From: Candidatus Liptonbacteria bacterium
Lineage (GTDB): Bacteria; Patescibacteriota; Minisyncoccia; UBA6257; 2-01-FULL-56-20
Length of the DNA: 49,399 nucleotides
Direction: 5' to 3'
Assembly (NCBI GenBank): GCA_016194445.1
Contig: JACQBP010000016.1
Span: forward strand, 1 to 49,399
The notes beneath the pieces are model-generated. The model ran no database searches. It was given only the letters and a program-made list of their open reading frames with translations, and had not been told where the DNA came from. The position numbers and the translations under genes are program-made. Below, piece after piece: positions 29,078 to 37,388 of the stretch (position 1 is the stretch's first letter; each line of letters opens with the position of its first letter).

Positions 29078-29078
29078 A

Positions 29079-29945
29079 ATGGCCTACCTTATTCATCTTT
29101 TAATTCTCTTTGCCATCTACGGCATCCTCGGTCTAAGTCTCAACCTAGTCATGGGTTACACTGGCCTCCTCTCTGTCACTCACGGCGCTTTTTTTGGCAT
29201 CGGAGCTTACGCGACCGCCATCTTGATGACCCACGCCGGCCTTAATTTCTTCGTCGCTTTAATTGTTGGTCTTGTTCTATCAGGTGTGGTGAGTTTTATT
29301 ATTGGCGCTATTTTAAGTCGGCTCTCTGGCGACTATTTTGTTTTAGGCACTGTCGGTTTAAATTATTTAATTGTCACAGTTCTCATTAACTGGTCCGACC
29401 TAACTCGCGGTCCACTTGGCATTGCGGGCATTCATAAGCCCCACTTTTTCGGTTTAAGTTTTTCTGATACTCCCGCTTTTCTCGTCCTCTCCCTCATCTT
29501 TCTTGCTCTTACTTTTCTAGTCGCTAGGTTTGTTGTTAATTCTTCCTTTGGTCGCGCCCTGAAAGCCATTCGCGAAGATCAAAAAGCTCTTCAAGTCTTC
29601 GGCTACAATATTTTCTCCTACAAGTTAGCCATCTTCACTATCTCCGGCGCCTTGGCGGCGATCGCCGGCGCGCTTTTCGCTTCCTATATAACCTTTATCA
29701 ACCCTGCCTCTTTTGATGTCATGCAATCGGTTTTCATTTTAGCCGTCGTGGTTTTAGGTGGTCTCGGGAGTCTCCGCGGCTCGCTCCTTGGCGCTCTGCT
29801 CCTGGTTATTATTCCCGAACTCCTCCGCTTTGTCGGTTTCCCATCCGAAATCGCCGCCCAAACCAGGCAAGCGATTTATGGTTTACTCCTAGTTGTGCTG
29901 ATGCTCTATCGCCCCCAAGGTCTGATTGGTGAATACAAACTATAA
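29079..29945 (+). CDS. livM: branched-chain amino acid ABC permease LivM
   Basis: 288 aa, multi-TM, with GYTGLLSVTHGAFFGIGAY. Confidence 0.9.
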   Translation: MAYLIHLLILFAIYGILGLSLNLVMGYTGLLSVTHGAFFGIGAYATAILMTHAGLNFFVALIVGLVLSGVVSFIIGAILSRLSGDYFVLGTVGLNYLIVTVLINWSDLTRGPLGIAGIHKPHFFGLSFSDTPAFLVLSLIFLALTFLVARFVVNSSFGRALKAIREDQKALQVFGYNIFSYKLAIFTISGALAAIAGALFASYITFINPASFDVMQSVFILAVVVLGGLGSLRGSLLGALLLVIIPELLRFVGFPSEIAAQTRQAIYGLLLVVLMLYRPQGLIGEYKL

Positions 29946-29947
29946 AA

Positions 29948-30682
29948 ATGTTCTCCATTCAAACCAAAAATCTCAAAAAACACTTCGACGGAGTTTACGC
30001 CGTCGATGACCTGTCGATCAAAATCGAGACCGGCCAGATCACGAGTATCATCGGCCCGAACGGCTCTGGCAAAACCACTCTCATAAACACCCTGAGCGGC
30101 CTGCTCGAGATCGACGGAGGATTAGTCGTGATCGAAGAATCAGAAAAATTATCTAAGATAACTCCCCACGAGATTCCATCTTTCGGCATCACCCGCACCT
30201 TCCAAAACATCCACCTCTTCGAACAAATGACCATTTTAGACAATATCCTCGTGGTTTTAACTGACCGTCAAGTCTTCCGCGCCATTTTTGAAACCCATCA
30301 AACTTTCCACTTGAAAATTGCTGAAGAAGTTTTAACTCGTGTCGGTCTCTGGGAAAAGCGTGGTCAATTAGCCGTAAATCTCTCCTATGGCCAAAGAAAA
30401 CTTTTAGAGATTGCCCGCGCCCTCGCCATGGACGCCAAAATCTATTTACTCGACGAACCTTTCGCCGGCCTCTTTCCCGAGATGGTCAAAATTATCTCCG
30501 GCATCATCAAAGAGTTAAAACAAGAAAGCAAAACCGTCATTTTAATCGAACACGATATGGGCCTCATCCGCGAACTCTCTGACTACGTTTTTGTGTTGGA
30601 CTCGGGAAAACTTTTAGCGGAAGGCAAACCCAGCGAAGTGCTGGCCAAACGTGAAGTCATTGAAGCTTATTTAGGCGAATGA
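29948..30682 (+). CDS. livG: branched-chain amino acid ABC ATPase LivG
   Basis: Walker A GPNGSGKTT, LSYGQRK and LLDEPFAG. Its TGA overlaps the livF ATG. Confidence 0.9.
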   Translation: MFSIQTKNLKKHFDGVYAVDDLSIKIETGQITSIIGPNGSGKTTLINTLSGLLEIDGGLVVIEESEKLSKITPHEIPSFGITRTFQNIHLFEQMTILDNILVVLTDRQVFRAIFETHQTFHLKIAEEVLTRVGLWEKRGQLAVNLSYGQRKLLEIARALAMDAKIYLLDEPFAGLFPEMVKIISGIIKELKQESKTVILIEHDMGLIRELSDYVFVLDSGKLLAEGKPSEVLAKREVIEAYLGE

Positions 30683-31404
30683 ACAAAGAAACATTACTAA
30701 AAATTGAAAATCTTCACGTCCACTATGGTGGTGTTAAGGCCGTCGACGGCGTTTCAATCGAAATTGATGAAGGCGAGATCGTGGCTTTGATGGGTCCAAA
30801 TGGCGCTGGCAAATCTACCGTTTTGAAATCTATCTTTGGTTTAGCGCCTATTAACGCTGGAAAAATTTTGTGGCACGAGAAAACAATCAAGCCCGTCTCG
30901 CACGAAATCGTCAAAATGGGCCTTGCCTTTGTCCCGCAAGGCCGGCGAGTCTTCACTCATCTAACCATCGAAGAAAACTTAGAAGTCGGTGGTTTCGTGA
31001 TCAAAGATAAATCTTTAGTCAAAAACCGCATCGCCGAGGTGATGGACATTTTTCCAGTCTTGAAACATAAGCGAAAAAATAAATCAGGGAGCCTATCGGG
31101 CGGCGAACAACAAATGCTCGCCGTGGCTCGCGGCTTGATGGTCGACCCGAAAGTTCTACTCCTCGACGAACCCTCTCTCGGGCTCGCTCCCAAAATTGTG
31201 AAAGAGGTTTTCGAAAAAATCCACGAAATCAACCAAAAGCGCCAAACCGCCATTATGGTTGTTGAGCACAACATCAAATCCCTGCTCGGCATTGCTCACC
31301 GCGCCTACGTCCTCGACAAAGGCCAGGTCGTCATCACCGAAAATCACCCTAAATCTCTAATGACCGGAGACAGGCTCGAGAAAGTATTTCTTGGTAAGAT
31401 TTAA
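30679..31404 (+). CDS. livF: branched-chain amino acid ABC ATPase LivF
   Basis: GPNGAGKST, LSGGEQQML and LLLDEPSLGL. Confidence 0.9.
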   Translation: MNKETLLKIENLHVHYGGVKAVDGVSIEIDEGEIVALMGPNGAGKSTVLKSIFGLAPINAGKILWHEKTIKPVSHEIVKMGLAFVPQGRRVFTHLTIEENLEVGGFVIKDKSLVKNRIAEVMDIFPVLKHKRKNKSGSLSGGEQQMLAVARGLMVDPKVLLLDEPSLGLAPKIVKEVFEKIHEINQKRQTAIMVVEHNIKSLLGIAHRAYVLDKGQVVITENHPKSLMTGDRLEKVFLGKI

Positions 31405-31408
31405 TTCA

Positions 31409-31660
31409 ATGATTATTTTTACTAAACACGCCGAAAATAAATTTGAAATCTTGAAAAGGCATCAATTTCCCATTTCTAAAAAGCTGGTTACGGATGCCTT
31501 AGAAAACCCGGATTTAATTGATCATTCTCGGCAACCCCTTTTGATCGCCCAAAAGAAAATTGACAGAGATCACGTCCTAAGAGTAGTATTTAAGAAAGAG
31601 CTCGGGAATACAAAAGTTATTACTTTCTATCCCGGCCGTATTAAACAATATGAAAAATAA
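31409..31660 (+). CDS. DUF4258-family putative toxin
   Basis: MIIFTKHAENKFEILKRH... resembles DUF4258. It overlaps the next ORF by 11 nt, a TA-like arrangement. Confidence 0.65.
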   Translation: MIIFTKHAENKFEILKRHQFPISKKLVTDALENPDLIDHSRQPLLIAQKKIDRDHVLRVVFKKELGNTKVITFYPGRIKQYEK

Positions 31661-31892
31661 AAATAAAGCTAAAATTTCATACGAACCCGAGGCCGATGTT
31701 CTAACATGGGAGATCACTAACCAGCCCATTGACTCTGCTAAGGAAATCGGCAATATTGTTGTCCACTTCACCAAAAAGAACGTGCCGGTTTTAATTGAAA
31801 TTTTGGAGGCCAGCCAGTTTTTATCTAAAGCCAAAGATCTGATTTCGAAGGAAGCCAAACCTCGCCTTAAGAATTTCGCCTTAGCCAGGTAA
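31650..31892 (+). CDS. DUF2283-family protein (putative cognate antitoxin)
   Basis: ISYEPEADVLTWEI...IVVHFTKKNVPVLIEILEAS is a classic DUF2283 pattern. Confidence 0.7.
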   Translation: MKNKNKAKISYEPEADVLTWEITNQPIDSAKEIGNIVVHFTKKNVPVLIEILEASQFLSKAKDLISKEAKPRLKNFALAR

Positions 31893-31896
31893 GTAA

Positions 31897-32745
31897 ATGA
31901 AAAACCGAAAAGGCGCAGTCAGTCTGGTTCTCATTATCGCGGTTGTAGTCGTCGCCGGGTTGGGATGTCTCGTGATTACTAGCGTGGCAAAGGCTGTTTA
32001 TTTCGCTTCGGATAAAATTCTTCTTTACGAGAATGGCAAAAAAATTACTGACAGCTCAGTGATCGTTTCATACGACATCTACACTGAAATCTGTAAAAAT
32101 GGGACTTTCGAACTGGGCCAACAGTTTTCCCGAAATTTAACATTATACAAGACAAACGAGTCAAATTTGATGGACTATGGCGGGTGGTCTGAATATGACA
32201 AAAATAATGTTCTTACTGGTAGTATTTGTTCCCAAAACTCTATTAATGAAGTTGCAAAAGTCGTATACGAATTCAATGTAAGTAATAGAAATAGCGACGA
32301 GTATCGCCAAATATTAAAACGACAAGATAGCAAGGGGTCAACGGGGGAAAAAAGTTGCGTTATTTGGGCCGATTGGAACTCCCAAGAAAATGCTTTTCTT
32401 ATCAAACAAGGACTTAATCCAAAATGCCGACTCGGCGGCACGTGTGGGTATGAATCATATTTATCAAAATACACAAAAGATTCTCCATATCATACAAATA
32501 TTACTATCCCCGATCCAAAAGATAACGAAACACACGACGGCGGTACGTATGGAGGAGTAAATATTCTCGGTGGGAGGGTAGGAAACTCAAGGGTATTCAA
32601 AGTTGATATTGGCAATGGGACAGTAGCAGAAGAAACAGGACTAATTAAATCTCCGAAAACTCAACAATATTTGATTGCATTATTATCCTTAATCGCTATA
32701 TCCACGGTAATATTTTTAGTGATTAAAAAAACCAAGAAGGTTTAA
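31897..32745 (+). CDS. membrane-anchored extracellular protein, function unknown
   Basis: 282 aa with an N-terminal anchor MKNRKGAVSLVLIIAVVVV and a C-terminal TM helix. Confidence 0.55.
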   Translation: MKNRKGAVSLVLIIAVVVVAGLGCLVITSVAKAVYFASDKILLYENGKKITDSSVIVSYDIYTEICKNGTFELGQQFSRNLTLYKTNESNLMDYGGWSEYDKNNVLTGSICSQNSINEVAKVVYEFNVSNRNSDEYRQILKRQDSKGSTGEKSCVIWADWNSQENAFLIKQGLNPKCRLGGTCGYESYLSKYTKDSPYHTNITIPDPKDNETHDGGTYGGVNILGGRVGNSRVFKVDIGNGTVAEETGLIKSPKTQQYLIALLSLIAISTVIFLVIKKTKKV

Positions 32746-32866
32746 ACCTTCCGTAAAGCACGTACCTAGTTAGTCTTCCTCCCTTAGAAGGCGATGTTTT
32801 CAAGCCATATTTCTCGAAAAGTTTTCCACATTGACCTACTTTGGCTATAGAGTACTATTAATCCCA

Positions 32867-32956
32867 ATGGCGATTCGAGAGAAAAAGGTTCGCAAAGGAG
32901 ATGGCCCACAAAGGGCCCGCCAGAATTTAAATTTTGACTTTGAAATTCCCCGTTAG
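32867..32956 (+). CDS. 29-codon ORF (possible leader peptide or non-coding transcript)
   Basis: MAIREKKVRKGDGPQRARQNLNFDFEIPR. It starts about 9 nt after a TTGACC-N16-TACTAT promoter, and its stop lies in the loop of a terminator hairpin. Confidence 0.25.
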   Translation: MAIREKKVRKGDGPQRARQNLNFDFEIPR

Positions 32957-32971
32957 ACGGGGAATTTTTTT
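32943..32971 (+). terminator. rho-independent terminator inside the 5' leader of the AsnRS-like gene
   Basis: AAATTCCCCG-TTAGA-CGGGGAATTT followed by TTTT. Confidence 0.65.
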
Positions 32972-33002
32972 AGTCGCAAAATCCGGCCAGTCCCCGGTAA
33001 AA

Positions 33003-33071
33003 CCGGGCAGTGAAAATTGGACTGCTCGCTGAAGGCGAGGGAAGTCGATAAGTCCAATTTCTACTGCCCGG
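33003..33071 (+). other. 69-nt extended hairpin immediately upstream of the AsnRS-like start codon
   Basis: CCGGGCAGT/ACTGCCCGG plus AAATTGGACT/AGTCCAATTT plus CTCGC/GCGAG stems. It ends 16 nt before ATG 33088. Confidence 0.6.
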
Positions 33072-33087
33072 AAAATAAACCAAAAAC

Positions 33088-34092
33088 ATGAAAGATAAAC
33101 TTTCTACCGCGCTTTTAGAAGCGCAAGTTTTCAAATCTGGTCGCAACTATCTCGAAGGGGAAGGCTTCGTCGAAATCTTCCCGCCTCGAATCGTGCGCGC
33201 TTCGGGCGCCTGCGAAAATGTCAACACGCTTTTTGAAGTGAGCTCGGGCAAAGACTTTAATTGGTTCGGTCACCCGCAAAAGCACCAGGCCTACCTCGCT
33301 CAAACCGGCCAGCTCTACCTCGAAGCCTTCGTGCCGTATCTCGAAAAAGTCTACTGCGTCGGCCCAAGCTTCCGCGCCGAGCCGGGATCGGACGACCGCC
33401 ACCTCACCGAATTTCAAATGATGGAAATCGAATTTGCCGGCCACTTTGACGACCTCCTCCACCACATCGAAAGTTTTGTTTATTCAATCGCCCACGATAT
33501 CGTGAAACTCCCGATTCAAAAACAAAAAGCCCTGGGCCTAAACGAACTCGACGTCGCCCGTCTCGCTAAAGTGAAACCCGTCTTCCCGAAAATCACCTAC
33601 ACCGAAGCCATTCAAAAACTGGGCTTGAACTGGGGCGATGACATCAACTCCAAAAAAGAAGCCGAACTGGTCGCCATGCACGACAACCACCCGCTTTTCA
33701 TCACCCGCTATCCCGATCCGCTCTGGGATCATAAAAAAGAAATCGAAGTCGAAAAATTTTTCAATATGTTGCCCGACAAGCAAACCCCAGGATTAGTTCT
33801 CTCGGCCGATCTCATCTTACCTGGAGCAGGGGAGGCCGTTGGTTCCGCCGCCCGCGTGGACGACCCAGAAACCCTGGTCTATCGCCTCACCAACTCCAAA
33901 ATGTACAAACGGCTCCTCGGCATGGGTGGAAGCATCGCGGACTTCGCCTGGTACATCGACAAATCCAAACAAAAAATGGTGCCCCACGCCGGCTGCGGCT
34001 TCGGCATGTCCCGGATTTTAAAATGGATCAGCGGCCACGACGACATCAAAAAAGCCGTCACCTTCGCTTCGAACCAGCATCAGATTATATAG
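33088..34092 (+). CDS. class II aaRS catalytic-core paralogue (AsnRS/AspRS-like, no anticodon-binding domain); possibly archaeal-type asparagine synthetase
   Basis: Motif 2 GPSFRAEPGSDDRHLTEFQMMEIEF and motif 3 GCGFGMSRIL. Only 334 aa and lacks the N-terminal OB fold. Confidence 0.75.
   Translation: MKDKLSTALLEAQVFKSGRNYLEGEGFVEIFPPRIVRASGACENVNTLFEVSSGKDFNWFGHPQKHQAYLAQTGQLYLEAFVPYLEKVYCVGPSFRAEPGSDDRHLTEFQMMEIEFAGHFDDLLHHIESFVYSIAHDIVKLPIQKQKALGLNELDVARLAKVKPVFPKITYTEAIQKLGLNWGDDINSKKEAELVAMHDNHPLFITRYPDPLWDHKKEIEVEKFFNMLPDKQTPGLVLSADLILPGAGEAVGSAARVDDPETLVYRLTNSKMYKRLLGMGGSIADFAWYIDKSKQKMVPHAGCGFGMSRILKWISGHDDIKKAVTFASNQHQII
34036..34092 (+). repeat. 57-bp direct repeat, copy 1 (3' end of the AsnRS-like gene)
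   Basis: Identical to 34467-34523 by direct reading, at an offset of 431 bp. Confidence 0.95.
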
Positions 34093-34142
34093 CTAATAGC
34101 GTAATATTTGACATAGGATTCGCCAGGGGTAAAATTGGGAAT

Positions 34143-34463
34143 ATGAAAAAGGCCAAAAAGGTAAGCCCCAAAACCGACATTTCCAAAGAGTTTCGCCATC
34201 TCGGCGTGATGATTGAATCAGTGGGTGATGATGTCAAATTAGTGGCCGAACAGTACGTTGACCTAAGGAATGACGTCAAAAGTATAAAACAAACTGTTGA
34301 GTCACACACCGAAATGATTGGTAATTTATCCGTAGATCTCTTGATAGTTAAAGAAGACATAGAATTCATCAAAGGTTCCCTCAAAAAGAAAGTTGATGTT
34401 GATGAATTTTCCGCTCTCGAACGCCGCGTGTCTTTACTTGAAAAACATTCGGTCAAAAGATAA
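34143..34463 (+). CDS. 106-aa coiled-coil protein, function unknown
   Basis: Own promoter TTGACA (34108)-N16-TAAAAT (34130). ATG 34143. Heptad-rich sequence. Confidence 0.6.
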   Translation: MKKAKKVSPKTDISKEFRHLGVMIESVGDDVKLVAEQYVDLRNDVKSIKQTVESHTEMIGNLSVDLLIVKEDIEFIKGSLKKKVDVDEFSALERRVSLLEKHSVKR

Positions 34464-34466
34464 GAA

Positions 34467-34523
34467 CACGACGACATCAAAAAAGCCGTCACCTTCGCTT
34501 CGAACCAGCATCAGATTATATAG
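34467..34523 (+). repeat. 57-bp direct repeat, copy 2
   Basis: Identical to 34036-34092. Confidence 0.95.
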
Positions 34524-34589
34524 TTTTTTCGGGCAAATTTTGACAGAGTATTTGACGCCTGCTTGCTTGGCAGAGTATTATTAACTGAA

Positions 34590-34847
34590 ATGACCACCAT
34601 CACTATTCCCAAAGAAATCGATAAAAACAAAGAACTCGTGGCCATACCTCGCAAAGCTTACGAGGAGTTTTTGGTTTGGCAAGAGAAAATCGGATCAATA
34701 AAAACCTATACTCCAACAAAAGCAGAGATTAAAGCCATCGAAAAGAGTCGAGAAGAATTTCGAAAAGGCAACTATATAACTTGGGAAGCTTTAAAAAATG
34801 AACTGGCAAACTCTCGTCGCTCCAAAAGCAAGAAAAGAAATCGCTAA
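34590..34847 (+). CDS. type II antitoxin (partner of the RelE/ParE toxin)
   Basis: 85 aa located directly upstream of, and overlapping, the toxin gene. CAGAGTATT direct repeats lie in its promoter at 34544 and 34571. Confidence 0.6.
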   Translation: MTTITIPKEIDKNKELVAIPRKAYEEFLVWQEKIGSIKTYTPTKAEIKAIEKSREEFRKGNYITWEALKNELANSRRSKSKKRNR

Positions 34848-35055
34848 GCTCCCAAGCAAGGATTTAGAAAGTGTCAAAAGAGCTATTGATACTTTAGCCA
34901 TCGATCCCTTTTTGGGAGATATTCAAAAACTTGGCGGAGACGGAAAGCTGTGGCGGAAAAGAATTGGCAGCTACAGGATTTTCTATGAGACCGTATTTGA
35001 AAAAAGAATCGTCATCGTCCACAAAGTAAAACGTCGCACATCAAAAACTTATTAA
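34798..35055 (+). CDS. RelE/ParE-family toxin
   Basis: MNWQTLVAPKARKEIAKLPSKDL...WRKRIGSYRIFYE...IVIVHKVKRR matches the RelE/ParE pattern. Confidence 0.8.
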   Translation: MNWQTLVAPKARKEIAKLPSKDLESVKRAIDTLAIDPFLGDIQKLGGDGKLWRKRIGSYRIFYETVFEKRIVIVHKVKRRTSKTY

Positions 35056-35063
35056 TAAATAAA

Positions 35064-36233
35064 ATGAAAAACAATAAAGGTGCGGTTAACATTTGGCTTG
35101 TGGTCGTAGTCGTAGTCGTAGTTATAGTCGTTGTCGGTGGTTACTTTGCATTCAAAAAATCTAGCGCTCCGACTCCAAAAACCGAGCAACCCCAAAATCA
35201 GCAACCGGTTGCCAATACAAACACTCCGCCACCGTCAACTCCCAAGAACTTATTCGGCAAACTCCCCAAACTTAATGTTTCAAATATATCCCTCGGTGCA
35301 GGAGGGTCGGGTATTTCGATAAAACCAAATTCATTTGTCATGAATGCCTCTACCAGCTCCGTAATGGGATTAATAGAAGCTCCCGTATACATGTATAAAA
35401 CCTTATTTTCTTCTAAGTATGTCTCTGAAGTTGCTAAATCTTTTGGGATGCCACTTCTTGAAACCCCGCCTCCATGCAAATCGGAAGTTTGCGATGATAG
35501 CATAATCCAGGACGGGGTTAAAAAAGTTAACTTATCTGGAGCCGGTGACTCTTGGGAAATATCTTATGGCATACACAGCAACTCAAATTTTGTAGGGCTT
35601 ACAATGCTCCCAAATGGGGAAATGAAATTTCAACTTCTACTCGATCCATCTTCACCCCTTTATGAATTACCGAAAGTCAGCGATCCCCGAGTTGTCATCA
35701 AAAAAATTAAGGACTATCTTTCCCAATACAAAGATATTTTTGGTGATTTAGAATCATATGTCGGTGAATTCCAAGGACCAGTCAACTTAAAATATCCAGC
35801 TGTCACTGTTTATCTCAAACTCAACGAACCCAAAACGATTTACAACTCGCCTTTTATTAATGTCGATATTTCTGTTTCCGTAGATCATCCGCAAAAAGTA
35901 TCTTTGATTGTTAACTGGTTATCTTCAAAAAATAAAGAAGTTTCAATCTACGGACTTCGTTTTTATACCGGTGCTTGGAACGACATAAAAGATGGAAAGG
36001 GCGTCGTTGTTAATAGTTGGCCCTATAGCAATGCAAATCCATCAATAACTGGCAACGGTTTAATAACCGGAACTTTCACGGCAAATTCAATATCCATAGC
36101 TTATGGCCGTGTGGACGTTCCGGCTTTCCAAAGTTTCTTCTTAGAACCCGTTTATGTTTTCTCTGGAATCTTAGACACCGGCAAACAAAAATTGCCCTTA
36201 GATATTTGGGCTTCCGCGGCTGTTGTAGATTAA
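35064..36233 (+). CDS. membrane-anchored extracellular protein, function unknown
   Basis: 389 aa with an N-terminal anchor MKNNKGAVNIWLVVVVVVVVIVVVGG, similar to the 31897 gene's N-terminus. Confidence 0.6.
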   Translation: MKNNKGAVNIWLVVVVVVVVIVVVGGYFAFKKSSAPTPKTEQPQNQQPVANTNTPPPSTPKNLFGKLPKLNVSNISLGAGGSGISIKPNSFVMNASTSSVMGLIEAPVYMYKTLFSSKYVSEVAKSFGMPLLETPPPCKSEVCDDSIIQDGVKKVNLSGAGDSWEISYGIHSNSNFVGLTMLPNGEMKFQLLLDPSSPLYELPKVSDPRVVIKKIKDYLSQYKDIFGDLESYVGEFQGPVNLKYPAVTVYLKLNEPKTIYNSPFINVDISVSVDHPQKVSLIVNWLSSKNKEVSIYGLRFYTGAWNDIKDGKGVVVNSWPYSNANPSITGNGLITGTFTANSISIAYGRVDVPAFQSFFLEPVYVFSGILDTGKQKLPLDIWASAAVVD

Positions 36234-36276
36234 CTTCAATTAGAGCGAACCTTTCTCCCTCCACCCACCCCCACAA

Positions 36277-36524
36277 GAAAAACCCGCTTTTGCATAACCA
36301 TAAGCGAAGCCGAGTTAGCCCGCCGGAGACGGGTCCGCCTTAGGCGGAAAATTAATGAGCGAGGCGAGAATTTTTCGTCAGCAAATCGAATGGTCGGAAA
36401 ATCCCTGCCTGCCTGCGGCAGGCAGGCCGAAGGGAGGAACGGGCACCGTTCGATTTACCCGAAAAATTAAGCCAAGCGAATATAATTTCTCTAGGCGGAG
36501 TGGGTTAGAAAAGGCGGGTTTTTC
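36277..36524. repeat. about 248-bp long imperfect palindrome (MITE-like) containing palindrome copy B at 36404-36426
   Basis: The ends GAAAAACCCGC...GCGGGTTTTTC pair. Internal arms also pair (AATTTTTCGTCAGCAAATCGAATGGTCGG versus the reverse complement AATTTTTCGGGTAAATCGAACGGTGCC). Confidence 0.75.
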
Positions 36525-36594
36525 GACCGCCCTATCCACATTTGCATCGCCAGATTATTTCCCATAAAATTATTTAACGTAATCACTCATCGAA

Positions 36595-36679
36595 CTCGAA
36601 TTAAAACTCGAATAACACAAATCAATCTCGAATAAAAAGATTCGTGAAAATTCGTGAGTCTATTCGTGTTTGATTCGTG
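36595..36679 (+). promoter_or_regulatory. array of 3x CTCGAAT followed by 4x ATTCGTG heptamers upstream of pdaD
   Basis: CTCGAAT at 36595, 36607 and 36627. ATTCGTG at 36640, 36650, 36662 and 36673, with 10-12-bp phasing. Confidence 0.5.
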
Positions 36680-36689
36680 CGACATTCCT

Positions 36690-37313
36690 ATGGCAGACGA
36701 ACCCAATCTCTCACCTCAAACCAGTCCCAGCCAACCCAACGGCATCACCCTCCCCGGGCAGAGTGTCGTCATTTTGCCCAAGAAAATTTTCTTCACCAAA
36801 GGCGTCGGCGTCCACAAAGAACGCCTCGGCTCTTTTGAGATGGCCCTTCGGATGGCCGGCATTGAGTTTTTGAACCTCATTCTAGTTTCGAGTATCTTTC
36901 CGCCCGGTTGCAAAAAAATTAGCAAAGAAGAAGGGGTGAAACTCGTCCAGCCCGGCGAAGTCATCTTCTGTGTTTATGATCGACTCGAAACCAACGAACC
37001 CAACCGCCTCATCGCCGCCTCCGTCGGCGCCGCTATCCCCGCCGACGAAACCCAGTATGGCTACCTCTCTGAACACCATGGCTTTGGTGAAACCGAAGAA
37101 AAAGCGGGGGAGTACGCCGAAGACCTGGCCGCCTCCATGCTTGCCACCACCCTCGGCATCGAATTTGACCCCAACACCGCCTGGAGTGAACGCGAACAGC
37201 TCTATAAAATGAGCGGCAAGATCGTCAAAACCATGAACATGACCCAGTCTGCCATCGGCCACAAAGACGGCCTCTGGACCACCGTTTTTGCCGCCGGGGT
37301 GTTTATTACCTGA
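36690..37313 (+). CDS. pdaD: pyruvoyl-dependent arginine decarboxylase
   Basis: FFTKGVGVH...[13 protein letters not shown] contains the self-cleavage VSS site, and the C-terminal pattern is PdaD-like. Confidence 0.85.
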   Translation: MADEPNLSPQTSPSQPNGITLPGQSVVILPKKIFFTKGVGVHKERLGSFEMALRMAGIEFLNLILVSSIFPPGCKKISKEEGVKLVQPGEVIFCVYDRLETNEPNRLIAASVGAAIPADETQYGYLSEHHGFGETEEKAGEYAEDLAASMLATTLGIEFDPNTAWSEREQLYKMSGKIVKTMNMTQSAIGHKDGLWTTVFAAGVFIT

Positions 37314-37388
37314 TTTTGACTTTACCCTGAATTTGCTATACTAAAACCACTAGAAAAAGGTCGATCGACGCACCTAAGTAATAAAAGT

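Noticed and set aside
33003-33071. The extended hairpin as a possible SRP (4.5S) RNA, because of a GGAAG segment near its apex.
   Set aside because: The apical region does not reproduce the conserved SRP domain IV arrangement (symmetric loop, GNRA tetraloop and AGCA). Its position inside a 5' leader fits a cis-element better.
36355-36567. 70-aa ORF at 36355-36567, and likewise the 60-aa ORF at 39844-40026.
   Set aside because: Both lie entirely within long palindromic or hairpin repeats. They have no start context and show biased, low-complexity translations.
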